NCBI GenBank assembly: GCA_038046005.1
Contig: JBBSXB010000008.1
Span: 1 to 64,000, forward strand
Source of the DNA: Nanobdellota archaeon
GTDB lineage: Archaea > Nanobdellota > Nanobdellia > Pacearchaeales > GW2011-AR1
DNA: 64,000 nucleotides
Direction of reading: 5' to 3'
The notes beneath the pieces were generated by a model that saw nothing but the letters and a program-made list of their open reading frames with translations, had not been told where the DNA came from and ran no database searches. Positions 1-8,848 of this stretch are shown piece after piece (position 1 is the first letter of the stretch; each line of letters starts with the position of its first letter). The position numbers and the translations under genes are program-made.

Positions 1-48
<48 letters not shown>

Positions 49-49
49 A

Positions 50-346
50 CCAGCATCTTTCCTATTTAAAGAACTAAAATTGGAGTTGCATCCTCAAAAG
101 TCCAAAGTTATTTTTTTAAGCAAGGGTGTTGATTTTGTCGGGTTTAGAAATTTTTATTATTTTAGATTATTGAGAAAAAGAAATGTAAGAAATATAAAAA
201 GAAAAATAATTTTATTGGAAAATGGTTTTTTAGGTAAAGATAAATTTAGCGAGATTTTTCAAGGATGGAGTGCTTATGCTAAATGGGCCAATAGCCTAAA
301 ACTAAGAAGAAGAATCGCTAAAAATATTTATTTCAGTAATGGATAA
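50..346 (+). CDS. reverse transcriptase, C-terminal fragment (DGR-type most likely), 5'-truncated
   Basis: Frame is open back to the poly-C: SFLFKELKLELHPQKSKV..GVDFVGFR..RLLRKRN..FQGWSAYAKWANSLKLR matches RT domain 6/7 and thumb motifs; the YxDD motif lies outside the readable sequence. Confidence 0.75.
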   Translation, partial: PASFLFKELKLELHPQKSKVIFLSKGVDFVGFRNFYYFRLLRKRNVRNIKRKIILLENGFLGKDKFSEIFQGWSAYAKWANSLKLRRRIAKNIYFSNG

Positions 347-649
347 TCACCTATATTTTCTCAACTCAATTATTTCTATTTTTTTGTGAGTGAATGCTTT
401 TTTTATGTCTTCTAAATTTGTGTCTTTAAGCTCAGGATAATGGGTGCATTCTTTTTGGAAGTCCTCAAAGCTCCTTAGTACTTTTGTGTCAGAAACAACT
501 AATCTTTCTCCTCCAAGTGTCTTTACGTAATCCCCTTTTTTGTACTTCCCATATTCAGAAGCAATTATCACTGTGTGAACTCTGTCAGAATTTTTCAATA
601 TATCCTTTATTTTTTCCTCTTCGTTTTGTGGAAGGTAGATTAATCTCAT
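347..649 (-). CDS. hypothetical protein (possibly ASCH/PUA-like)
   Basis: 100-aa ORF coupled to minD by ATGA overlap; weak KGDYV beta-rich pattern. Confidence 0.55.
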   Translation of the reverse strand: MRLIYLPQNEEEKIKDILKNSDRVHTVIIASEYGKYKKGDYVKTLGGERLVVSDTKVLRSFEDFQKECTHYPELKDTNLEDIKKAFTHKKIEIIELRKYR

Positions 650-1422
650 TTTTTCAAACCTAGTTTTCTTAGAATAAATTCGTAAACTTTTTCTTTATCT
701 GCATCTGAGTCATAGTCTATATTCAGAATTCTTGCCGCAATTTCCTTATATGCTCTTGCCGGAATGCTTTTTGGATGTGTGTGGACTACAGCATCTCTCA
801 AGTTTAAGGATTTTTTGATATGTTTGTCTTCAGGAATCATACCCAAAATAGGAACTTCTAACATTTCCTTGACATTGTCTGGGTCCATTTCTAAATTATC
901 TTTTCTAACTCTTGTTACTATTACTCCAATTACAGGTTTTTTTAATTCTTCAGCTAATTTTACTGTTTTTAATGCGTCTGTGATTGCAGGAAGTTCCGGA
1001 TTTGTTACGACTATAACTTCATCAGCCATTTCTATAACTGCAGTGGCTTCGTGTCCAAGTCCAGCAGCACAATCAACGATTATATAATCTGAGAGCCTTT
1101 TGAAATCGCCTTTAAATGATTTCAATTTTTCTGGCTTTATTTTTCTTAGTTCTTTCATTGAAAGAGAGGAAGGCATAATTTTCATTCCAGATTCATGTCT
1201 ATACACGGCCTCTATTGCTTTTGCTTTATCCTGTAAAACTTTGTTTAGGTCTACGGGAACTTCTGGTGAATTCAAATGCACCCCAATATTTGGAGTTGAT
1301 AGATTTGCGTCAATAACAAGAACATCTTCACCAAAATAATTTAAAGCTGCTCCTAAGTTTATGGCAGTTGTTGTTTTTCCAACTCCTCCCTTACCTGATG
1401 TTATAACGATTAGTCTAGACAT
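646..1422 (-). CDS. minD: MinD/ParA-family ATPase (archaeal MinD)
   Basis: Deviant Walker A SGKGGVGKTT, VIDANL, IIVDCAAG, VTNPE; ATG at 1422. Confidence 0.92.
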   Translation of the reverse strand: MSRLIVITSGKGGVGKTTTAINLGAALNYFGEDVLVIDANLSTPNIGVHLNSPEVPVDLNKVLQDKAKAIEAVYRHESGMKIMPSSLSMKELRKIKPEKLKSFKGDFKRLSDYIIVDCAAGLGHEATAVIEMADEVIVVTNPELPAITDALKTVKLAEELKKPVIGVIVTRVRKDNLEMDPDNVKEMLEVPILGMIPEDKHIKKSLNLRDAVVHTHPKSIPARAYKEIAARILNIDYDSDADKEKVYEFILRKLGLKK

Positions 1423-1448
1423 TTTGTAGTTCAAAATTGGACATTATC

Positions 1449-1895
1449 CTAACCTTTTGATAGAAGAAATTGCTTTGTTGTACTTATAAATTTTTCTACT
1501 TTTTCAGCATATTCCTTGAGTTTTTCAAGATTGATATCTATTTCCTTCCCCCTGTAAAAAACCTTCAATGTTACGTTTTTTCTAAATTCGCCTATTCTTT
1601 CTGTTTTTAGCTCTTTTATTTTTTTGAACATTTCATACATTTCTAGGACATCTAAGAAATTCTGGTCTTTTTTAAAAAGCTTTTTTATTGTCTCTAATTT
1701 GCTAACTGGATTTGTTGGTACAGCTGGAATTTTTTTCTTCGTTTTGGCATGCTTTAAAATAGTGTCAATGCTCAAATCCATCATCTCTTTCCATCTTAAG
1801 AGAAGATTCATTATCACATCACAAGTTTTTGTGTACTTCAAACTTACATACAAAAGATGATCCGCGCTTATTTTCTCTTGAATTATTTCTTCCAT
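1449..1895 (-). CDS. hypothetical protein (ADHxxYV family)
   Basis: 148-aa ORF; ADHLLYVS motif shared with the neighbouring ORF. Confidence 0.75.
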   Translation of the reverse strand: MEEIIQEKISADHLLYVSLKYTKTCDVIMNLLLRWKEMMDLSIDTILKHAKTKKKIPAVPTNPVSKLETIKKLFKKDQNFLDVLEMYEMFKKIKELKTERIGEFRKNVTLKVFYRGKEIDINLEKLKEYAEKVEKFISTTKQFLLSKG

Positions 1896-1978
1896 ACTGG
1901 GTGCTCTTTTTCATTTGTTTTTCCAAACGATTAGAAGTATAATTGGTGAAGAATCCGGGCTTTTTATACTTTTCTTCA

Positions 1979-2449
1979 CTATTTGTCCACTATCTTGCTT
2001 TTTATTTTCATCAAAATGCTTTTTGAAAGCATCAAAAACTGTTTTGTTTTTTCTATAGAAACTTTTTCATGCTTTAAATTGTCTGATAAGATAATTACAT
2101 TGTCTCCTTTAGTAAATTCAAATGGACTTTGTTTATGTTTTTCCAATAAGTCAAACAATTCCAACATTAGTTTTATTTCATTTTCTGCTATCTCAAATCT
2201 TTTTGAACATTGTTCTGAAAACAGCTTAAAGTTTGTTAAAGGATTCTTTGTAAGAGTTATTCTTTTATTGATATGCTCATATTGAAGTATTGAGTTGATG
2301 CAGTTTATTATGGCTTTTCTTATCTCAAGTAAAATGCCCATAAGAAGCTTCTTGTCTTTTATAATTGAAAAGGTTACATAAACCATATGATCTGCGGCTT
2401 TGATTATTCTTTCAGCTTCTTCTAAATATTCTATGAATTTTTCTGCCAT
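1979..2449 (-). CDS. hypothetical protein (ADHxxYV family)
   Basis: ADHMVYVT motif; probable paralog of 1449-1895. Confidence 0.75.
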   Translation of the reverse strand: MAEKFIEYLEEAERIIKAADHMVYVTFSIIKDKKLLMGILLEIRKAIINCINSILQYEHINKRITLTKNPLTNFKLFSEQCSKRFEIAENEIKLMLELFDLLEKHKQSPFEFTKGDNVIILSDNLKHEKVSIEKTKQFLMLSKSILMKIKSKIVDK

Positions 2450-2503
2450 TTTTTTCAACCTTAGATTAAATGTTTTTAGAATTAATATGGATTTTGGTGA
2501 TTT

Positions 2504-2839
2504 TCAACTCAACTCTAAAATAGCCCCTGCCAAATCACCTGTTTTCTCTAAAGTTTCAACTGCTTGTTTTCTTGAAACTCCTGTCTTTTCCATGACTGTT
2601 TTAATATCTGCTTCTGAAATTAAACTTCCCGCTTCTTCTTTTGCGTTTCCAGCAATCTGAAAAGAATCCTGGCCTTGCATTGTTATCTTTGTCACGGAGG
2701 GGTTTTCAATTATTATTTTGTTGCCGTCATTTTTTTCAATAATCACTCTAGATGCATCTATTTCTTTTTGGGCAATTCCCATTTGCTTCATTAAAGCCTG
2801 CATTTTTTTTGGGTCTAAACCCCCACCTAGTCCGAACAT
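2504..2839 (-). CDS. nac: nascent polypeptide-associated complex protein
   Basis: DPKKMQALMKQMGI NAC domain plus C-terminal UBA-like helix (GDLAGAILEL). Confidence 0.93.
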   Translation of the reverse strand: MFGLGGGLDPKKMQALMKQMGIAQKEIDASRVIIEKNDGNKIIIENPSVTKITMQGQDSFQIAGNAKEEAGSLISEADIKTVMEKTGVSRKQAVETLEKTGDLAGAILELS

Positions 2840-2924
2840 TTTTTTGAGAAGAAGATATCTTATTTAAAGGTTTTTATGATGTTTGTTTCATAAAACTTAT
2901 ATACTTTAACTGCTAAATTTTCAT

Positions 2925-3125
2925 ATGAACAACGTACACAAATCTTTGATAAAATTGATGAAAGAGAGAAGGGTTCCATGTTCTAACATAGGCGTGATTA
3001 ATGATAAAGTTGGCAAACCTAGATTCTTGGAAGTTATCATAAAAAGACCTGATAGATATAATTTTCCTGAACTTTTGAAAAAAGTCCCTAAAAAATTTGA
3101 AGGACTAAAAGTAAAAGTTTTCTGA
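2925..3125 (+). CDS. small hypothetical protein
   Basis: 66-aa ORF with upstream TTATATA box. Confidence 0.5.
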   Translation: MNNVHKSLIKLMKERRVPCSNIGVINDKVGKPRFLEVIIKRPDRYNFPELLKKVPKKFEGLKVKVF

Positions 3126-3129
3126 TATT

Positions 3130-3288
3130 TTACTTCAAGAACAAAGACAAACCAATTCTGAATGCTATGATGAGTATTATAAAACCTATCACATGAGTTG
3201 GTTTTAGCGAGAATTTCGTGTCATACTCTTCACTGTATCTCATCAATCCCCCCATTCCGGAGGGCATTTGTACGCTTGAATCTGCCAT
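3130..3288 (-). CDS. secG: preprotein translocase subunit Sec61beta (SecG), 52 aa, missing from ORF track
   Basis: Manual translation MADSSVQMPSGMGGLMRYSEEYDTKFSLKPTHVIGFIILIIAFRIGLSLFLK; GGLMRY..P..V plus single TM helix. Confidence 0.9.
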   Translation of the reverse strand: MADSSVQMPSGMGGLMRYSEEYDTKFSLKPTHVIGFIILIIAFRIGLSLFLK

Positions 3289-3339
3289 AAGCTAATAATA
3301 GACAGATAGTTTTTAAAAGTTGTTGTGGGTTACTTATTC

Positions 3340-5703
3340 ATGGAATATAATTTCAAGGAAGTTGAGGCAAAATGGCTAAAGTTTTGGAAGAAAGAAGAAA
3401 TTTACAAGTTTGATTCTAAGAGCAAAAAGATTTTTTCAGTAGATACCCCTCCCCCATATGTTTCTGGAAAAATGCATATTGGGCACGCTTTTTCTTATTC
3501 ACAACAGGATTTTGTCATAAGGTTTAGAAGAATGTTTGAAGGAAGTATTTTTTACCCATTTGGAACAGATGATAATGGTTTGCCAACTGAAAGATTTGTT
3601 GAGAAGATTAACAATATCCAAAGTAAGAGCATGTCAAGGGCCAAATTTATAGAACTTTGTCTTAAAACGCTTAAAGAAATGACGCCTTCTTTTGTTAAGG
3701 ACTGGAAAGATCTTGGAATTTCTGCTGATTATGATATTTATTATTCTACAATAGATAAAAACTCTCAAAAGATTTCACAAAAATCTTTTGTTGATTTATA
3801 CAAACAAGGAGACATCTATCTAAAAGAATTTCCTACTTTATGGTGCACTGAATGCCAGACCACAATTGCTCAAGCTGAACTTGAGGATAAAGAGTTTCCA
3901 AGTTTATTCTCTGAAATTAAATTTAAGTGTGGGGGAAAAGATTTTTTAATTGCCACAACTCGCCCGGAGCTGATTGGAGCATGTGTTGCGATATTTGTTA
4001 ATCCTGAAGATAAAAGATACAAACAAATAATTGGGAAAAATGCAGTTGTCCCTATTTTTAATTATGAAGTTCCTATTATTGGAGATGAATCTGCTGAAAT
4101 GGAAAAGGGAACTGGGGCGATGATGGTTTGCAGTTATGGCGATAAATACGATGTTGAATCAATTAATAGGTATCAATTAAGCCCCAGAATTATTTTTAAC
4201 AAAGACGGAACTTTGATTTTAGACTTGTACAAAGGAATGAAAATAAAAGAGGCGAGAAAAAAAATCCTTGAGGATTTGAATGCTCAGAATTTAATTAAAG
4301 ATCAAAAGCAAATTTCTCATGTTGTAAACGTTCATGATAAATGCGGTACAGAGATAGAATTTCTTCCAACTGAGCAATGGTTTATAAAAATTTTAGACAA
4401 GAAGAAAGAGCTTGTTGATCAAGGTAAAAAAATTAATTGGCACCCCGAATATATGTTTAAGAGATATGAAAACTGGGTTAATGGTCTGGAATGGGATTGG
4501 AACATCTCAAGAAACAGGCATTTTGGAGTTCCTATTCCTGTCTGGAGATGTGAGAATTGCAATGAAATTATTTTAGCTGATGAGAAAGATCTTCCTGTTG
4601 ATCCATTACAGGATAAGAAAAAATGCCCTAAATGCAAGAAAGAAGCAAAAGGAGAAGAGAAAGTTTTAGACACATGGGCAACTTCATCTTTAACACCACA
4701 AATTATCTCTTCTTTAAGTAAAGAAAAAGTTAATATTCCTGTTTCATTAAGGCCGCAAGCTCATGACATAATAAGGACTTGGGCTTTTTACACAATTGTG
4801 AAGTCTTATCTGCATTTCAAAGAAATTCCTTGGAAGGATATAATGGTATCAGGATTTGTGACAATGAAAGGAGAGAAAATGTCAAAGAGCAAGGGAAATG
4901 TTATTGACCCTAGCCAGATTATTCTGCAGTATGGTGCAGATGCTTTAAGATTTTGGGCTGCAAGCTCTAAACTTGGAGAAGATTTGGATTATCAAGAGAA
5001 AGAATTAGTTTCTGGGAAGAGATTTATAACCAAACTATTGAATGCTTCAAATTTTGTTTTTATGAATTTAAAAGGTTACAAGAAAGAAAAGCCAAAACAA
5101 TTGCAGGCGGTGGATAAGATATTTTTAGACAAGCTTTTTGAAATGGTAAATGGAGCAACAAAAGCTTTTTCAGAATATGAATATTCAAAAGCTAAATCTG
5201 ACATTGAAGGTTTTTTCTGGAAAATGTTTTGTGATAATTATCTTGAGATTGTAAAAAGAAGAGTTTACCAGGGCAAAGGAGATGAAAAAATTTCAGCACA
5301 ATATACTCTCTATGTTTCTTTGCTAACAATTTTGAAGATTATCTCTCCCATAACTCCATTCATCACTGAGGAAATTTATCAGACCCATTTCAAGAAATTA
5401 GAAAAAGATAAAAGTATACACATCTCTAAATGGCCAGAAGTTTTTGTTGATGAATTACACAGTGCTAAATATGAGAATGTTTTTTGGAATGGCATAATAG
5501 AAGTTATATCTAAAGTTAGGCAGGAGAAGACTTTAGCAAAAAAACCAATGAATGCAGAGATAATCTTGACTTTACCGGAGCAATATAACAAAGTTTTGTC
5601 TTACGTTATGGATGACATAAAGGCAGTTACAAATGCCAAGGATATAAAAACCGGAGAATTTAATGTTGAATTTATACAAAATGAAAACACAAACAAAAAG
5701 TAA
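3340..5703 (+). CDS. valS: valine--tRNA ligase (archaeal type)
   Basis: DTPPPYVSG..HIGH, DWNISRNRHFGVPIP, RPQAHDIIRTW, KMSKS. Confidence 0.97.
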   Translation: MEYNFKEVEAKWLKFWKKEEIYKFDSKSKKIFSVDTPPPYVSGKMHIGHAFSYSQQDFVIRFRRMFEGSIFYPFGTDDNGLPTERFVEKINNIQSKSMSRAKFIELCLKTLKEMTPSFVKDWKDLGISADYDIYYSTIDKNSQKISQKSFVDLYKQGDIYLKEFPTLWCTECQTTIAQAELEDKEFPSLFSEIKFKCGGKDFLIATTRPELIGACVAIFVNPEDKRYKQIIGKNAVVPIFNYEVPIIGDESAEMEKGTGAMMVCSYGDKYDVESINRYQLSPRIIFNKDGTLILDLYKGMKIKEARKKILEDLNAQNLIKDQKQISHVVNVHDKCGTEIEFLPTEQWFIKILDKKKELVDQGKKINWHPEYMFKRYENWVNGLEWDWNISRNRHFGVPIPVWRCENCNEIILADEKDLPVDPLQDKKKCPKCKKEAKGEEKVLDTWATSSLTPQIISSLSKEKVNIPVSLRPQAHDIIRTWAFYTIVKSYLHFKEIPWKDIMVSGFVTMKGEKMSKSKGNVIDPSQIILQYGADALRFWAASSKLGEDLDYQEKELVSGKRFITKLLNASNFVFMNLKGYKKEKPKQLQAVDKIFLDKLFEMVNGATKAFSEYEYSKAKSDIEGFFWKMFCDNYLEIVKRRVYQGKGDEKISAQYTLYVSLLTILKIISPITPFITEEIYQTHFKKLEKDKSIHISKWPEVFVDELHSAKYENVFWNGIIEVISKVRQEKTLAKKPMNAEIILTLPEQYNKVLSYVMDDIKAVTNAKDIKTGEFNVEFIQNENTNKK

Positions 5704-5815
5704 ATGCAGATTCTGCGGAAAAGAAGATTGCAAGTGCGAAGATCAAGGCTTTTGCAGCTGCCATAATTGCAGTTGTGGGAATGGGAAGAAGGAAATTGTA
5801 AAGAAAAAGAAGTGA
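5681..5815 (+). CDS. Cys-rich metallothionein-like peptide, 44 aa, missing from ORF track
   Basis: MKTQTKSKCRFCGKEDCKCEDQGFCSCHNCSCGNGKKEIVKKKK: 8 Cys and 1 His within 24 residues; overlaps valS stop and ends 7 nt before the next ATG. Confidence 0.7.
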   Translation: MKTQTKSKCRFCGKEDCKCEDQGFCSCHNCSCGNGKKEIVKKKK

Positions 5816-5822
5816 TGGAGCC

Positions 5823-6491
5823 ATGGTAAAATCTGGATTTTTTGAAGGTCAAGACTTTGAGAAAGAGTTTAAAGCACTAATCCCAAAATTTTATCCTGTT
5901 AAATATAAAAAATACATTTCTCAAGAAACCAAATTACTAAAACAAAAATTAAAAGGATCAAATAAAATTCTAGAGGCTGGGGTTGGAATAGGCAGATTAA
6001 TTCTCGAGCTATCTCCATTAGTAAAAGAGTTTGTTGGAGTTGATAATGCCGAGTTAATGCTACAAAAAGCTAAAGTAGTAGCCAAAAAGTTTTCTAATGT
6101 TAATCTAGTCAAATGTGATCTTGAAAGCTTAAGTAAAAAATTTAAAAGAAATTATTTTGATTATAGTTTGTGTGTTTGGAACACTCTTGGAAATGTAAAA
6201 GATGAAATTAAAGTTTTAAAAGAAATCTCTTATGTTACTAAAAATAGTATTTTTATAACTGTGTATTTGAAGGGAACAATTGAAAATAGAAAAAGTTGGT
6301 ATAAAATTGTTGGAATTAAAATTAAAAAAATTGATGAAAAAAATGAAATATTTTACTCTGAAAGCGGGCTTAAATCAAAATCTTATGGCTTAAATGATAT
6401 TAAAAGAATGGCTAATTTGTCTGGCTTAAAAATCAAGTCCTCGAAAATTCTTGCTGGAGTAATACTTTGGATTGAGTTAGTCCAACGATAA
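5823..6491 (+). CDS. class I SAM-dependent methyltransferase
   Basis: ILEAGVGIGR motif I, VGVDNAELML, FDYSLCVWNTLGN. Confidence 0.9.
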   Translation: MVKSGFFEGQDFEKEFKALIPKFYPVKYKKYISQETKLLKQKLKGSNKILEAGVGIGRLILELSPLVKEFVGVDNAELMLQKAKVVAKKFSNVNLVKCDLESLSKKFKRNYFDYSLCVWNTLGNVKDEIKVLKEISYVTKNSIFITVYLKGTIENRKSWYKIVGIKIKKIDEKNEIFYSESGLKSKSYGLNDIKRMANLSGLKIKSSKILAGVILWIELVQR

Positions 6492-6521
6492 ATTTATAAA
6501 TAATTTGTTTATTAGGAAATT

Positions 6522-6737
6522 ATGGTGAAAACAATTGATAAAACATTTGAAAGCATTGGAAGGCCTAGTAGAAAACAATACATTCCTCTTTATGGAATTA
6601 TTGAAGCTATGAAAGCTAATGGTAACGGAGAATCATCTATAATGCCTGATGGTAAAATTACTTTGGCTGGAATGTACCAAGCAACTTTATATGCTTTAGT
6701 AGTTGGTAGTGCGTTGAATTATTTGTTTCCTAAGTAG
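6522..6737 (+). CDS. small membrane protein (IPxYG family)
   Basis: 71 aa, C-terminal hydrophobic helix, TATA box upstream; paralogs at 44102 and 48467. Confidence 0.65.
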   Translation: MVKTIDKTFESIGRPSRKQYIPLYGIIEAMKANGNGESSIMPDGKITLAGMYQATLYALVVGSALNYLFPK

Positions 6738-6782
6738 TTTTTTCTGACTAACTTTTATAAATCCTCTTTCTTTGACTTATTT

Positions 6783-7871
6783 ATGCCTATAACAAAAGAC
6801 GAACTTGATGAACTTGTAAAAGAACTTGATACTTACAAAGCGAGAGCTACAGAACTTATTACTGTTTATATTCCTGCTGGCCAGAATATTTATACCGTTG
6901 CTGACCAGCTTGAGGCTGAAAAGTCCACTGCTAAAAATATCAAATCAACTACAACAAGAAAAAATGTTGGGAATGCCTTGGATAAGATAACAAGATGTTT
7001 AAAGGATTATAGGAAAACTCCTGAAAATGGATTAGCTCTTTTTGCGGGAAATATTTCTGAGATTGAAGGACAGGAAGACTTAAGGATTTGGAACTTTGAG
7101 CCATCAACTCCTCTTAAGGTAAGAATGTACCGATGTGATAAAGAATTTATTCTAGAACCATTGAAAGAAATGTTGGCTGTTACGGAAGTTTTTGGGCTTT
7201 TAGTTATGGACAGGAAGGAGGCAACTATTGGGCTTTTAGAAGGAAAACACATAGAAGTTTTGCAAAAAATGACTTCGGGGATTCCTTCAAAAGTCAGAGC
7301 TGGAGGGCAGAGTTCCCAAAGATTTCATAGAATTACTGAGGGTTTGACAAAAGATTTTTACAACAGGATTGCTGAAGAAATGAAAAAAATATTTTATGAC
7401 ATGCCAAAGTTAAAAGGAATTTTAGTTGGTGGGCCTATTCCTACAAAAGATGAATTTTTGGAGGGAGAATACTTGCCGTCAAAATTGCAGGGAAAACTTA
7501 TAGGAATTCTTGATTTAGGAGACACTTCTGAATCTGGGCTTAAGGAGTTAGTCGAAAAAGCCAGGGACATTTTAGTCGGACAGGAGCTTGTTTATGAAAA
7601 AAAAGTTCTTGAGAAATTTTTTAGGATTTTGGGAGAAAGACCAGATATTGCAGCATTAAAAGAACCTGAAACTAGGAAGGCTTTGGAATATGGTGCTGTA
7701 GACACCTTAGTTATTTCTAAAGAGATAAATAAATTTTTGGCCAAAGAGCTAGTAAAACTTGCTGAGAACATTGGGGCAAGTGTTGAAATGATTTCTACAG
7801 AAACTGAAGAAGGCCAGCAGTTCAAAAATATGGGTGGAATTGGTGCTATTCTAAGATTTAAGGTGCATTAA
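6783..7871 (+). CDS. prf1: peptide chain release factor aRF1
   Basis: NIKS, YRCD and GGQS motifs; GGIGAILRF C-terminus. Confidence 0.97.
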   Translation: MPITKDELDELVKELDTYKARATELITVYIPAGQNIYTVADQLEAEKSTAKNIKSTTTRKNVGNALDKITRCLKDYRKTPENGLALFAGNISEIEGQEDLRIWNFEPSTPLKVRMYRCDKEFILEPLKEMLAVTEVFGLLVMDRKEATIGLLEGKHIEVLQKMTSGIPSKVRAGGQSSQRFHRITEGLTKDFYNRIAEEMKKIFYDMPKLKGILVGGPIPTKDEFLEGEYLPSKLQGKLIGILDLGDTSESGLKELVEKARDILVGQELVYEKKVLEKFFRILGERPDIAALKEPETRKALEYGAVDTLVISKEINKFLAKELVKLAENIGASVEMISTETEEGQQFKNMGGIGAILRFKVH

Positions 7872-7917
7872 TTTTTATCACAATAATTTATTTAAACTAG
7901 CTTTTTGGATTCCTTGT

Positions 7918-8208
7918 ATGGTTAGATATGACTCATCAGATTTTGCATCGAAAATTGAACTTTTAATGATGTTGTATAATTCTAGAGAACCTGTTCACTA
8001 TCAAACACTTTTAAAAATGAGTTCTTCAGATAGAAACTTACTTGCAGAAGCATCTGTTTTATCTGGGAAAGGTCTTGTTGATAGACTTAAAGATCCAGAA
8101 AGAGGGGAAGATGACAAGCTGACTTTTGCTTTATCTGACAATGGAAGGAAGTATGTCGAAGATTTTTTAAAACAATCTTATAATATGTTCGGTTTATTTC
8201 TTCAATAA
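7918..8208 (+). CDS. winged-helix-like hypothetical protein
   Basis: L..KGLV...FALSDNGR wing signature. Confidence 0.55.
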   Translation: MVRYDSSDFASKIELLMMLYNSREPVHYQTLLKMSSSDRNLLAEASVLSGKGLVDRLKDPERGEDDKLTFALSDNGRKYVEDFLKQSYNMFGLFLQ

Positions 8209-8239
8209 TCCTTATAAACTTTAAATTTTTCTAACTTTC

Positions 8240-8848
8240 ATGTCAGACATAAAGGGCAAAGCAGTTGATGAAATGGATGAAGCCAGACTTTCGCATACCC
8301 ATTCTGCCCTGGCTAAATTAGATCAAGACCAAGAAAAAGAAGACTTGAAAAAGCTTGAAGCTATATTTTTTGTTTCTGGAAGATTTTTGACAATGGTTGA
8401 TCTTATCAGTCTGAGTGATTTGAACCCAATAATAATTCGTGATTTAATAGAAAAACTTAAAGAAAAATATGAGGTGGAGCATAGTGCTTTGAGGATAATT
8501 GAGAAAGGAGAAATGTGGAAAATGGATGTAAAGCCAGAGTATTCTGGAGTAATAAACAAGCTGGCAACTGGCAGTGCTGAGTTTTCAAAAGCTGAACAGG
8601 AAACCTTGGCAATTATTGCGTATAAACAACCAATAAAGCAATCTGTCATAATAAAAATCAGGGGAAATAAAGCCTATGATCATGTCAAGAAATTTGTTGA
8701 TCTTGGACTCCTGAAAAAAAAGAAAGTTGGACATACAAATGACCTGAGTTTGAGCGATGAATTTTATGATTATTTCAGCGTTTCTGGGGCAGACAATCCA
8801 TTGGGAAGAGGGGAAGAGGTTGACAAAATAAATCAAGGAGTTGGATAA
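8240..8848 (+). CDS. scpB: SMC-Scp complex subunit ScpB
   Basis: LEAIFFVSG, ETLAIIAYKQPI..IRG..AYDHV, FYDYF. Confidence 0.92.
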   Translation: MSDIKGKAVDEMDEARLSHTHSALAKLDQDQEKEDLKKLEAIFFVSGRFLTMVDLISLSDLNPIIIRDLIEKLKEKYEVEHSALRIIEKGEMWKMDVKPEYSGVINKLATGSAEFSKAEQETLAIIAYKQPIKQSVIIKIRGNKAYDHVKKFVDLGLLKKKKVGHTNDLSLSDEFYDYFSVSGADNPLGRGEEVDKINQGVG

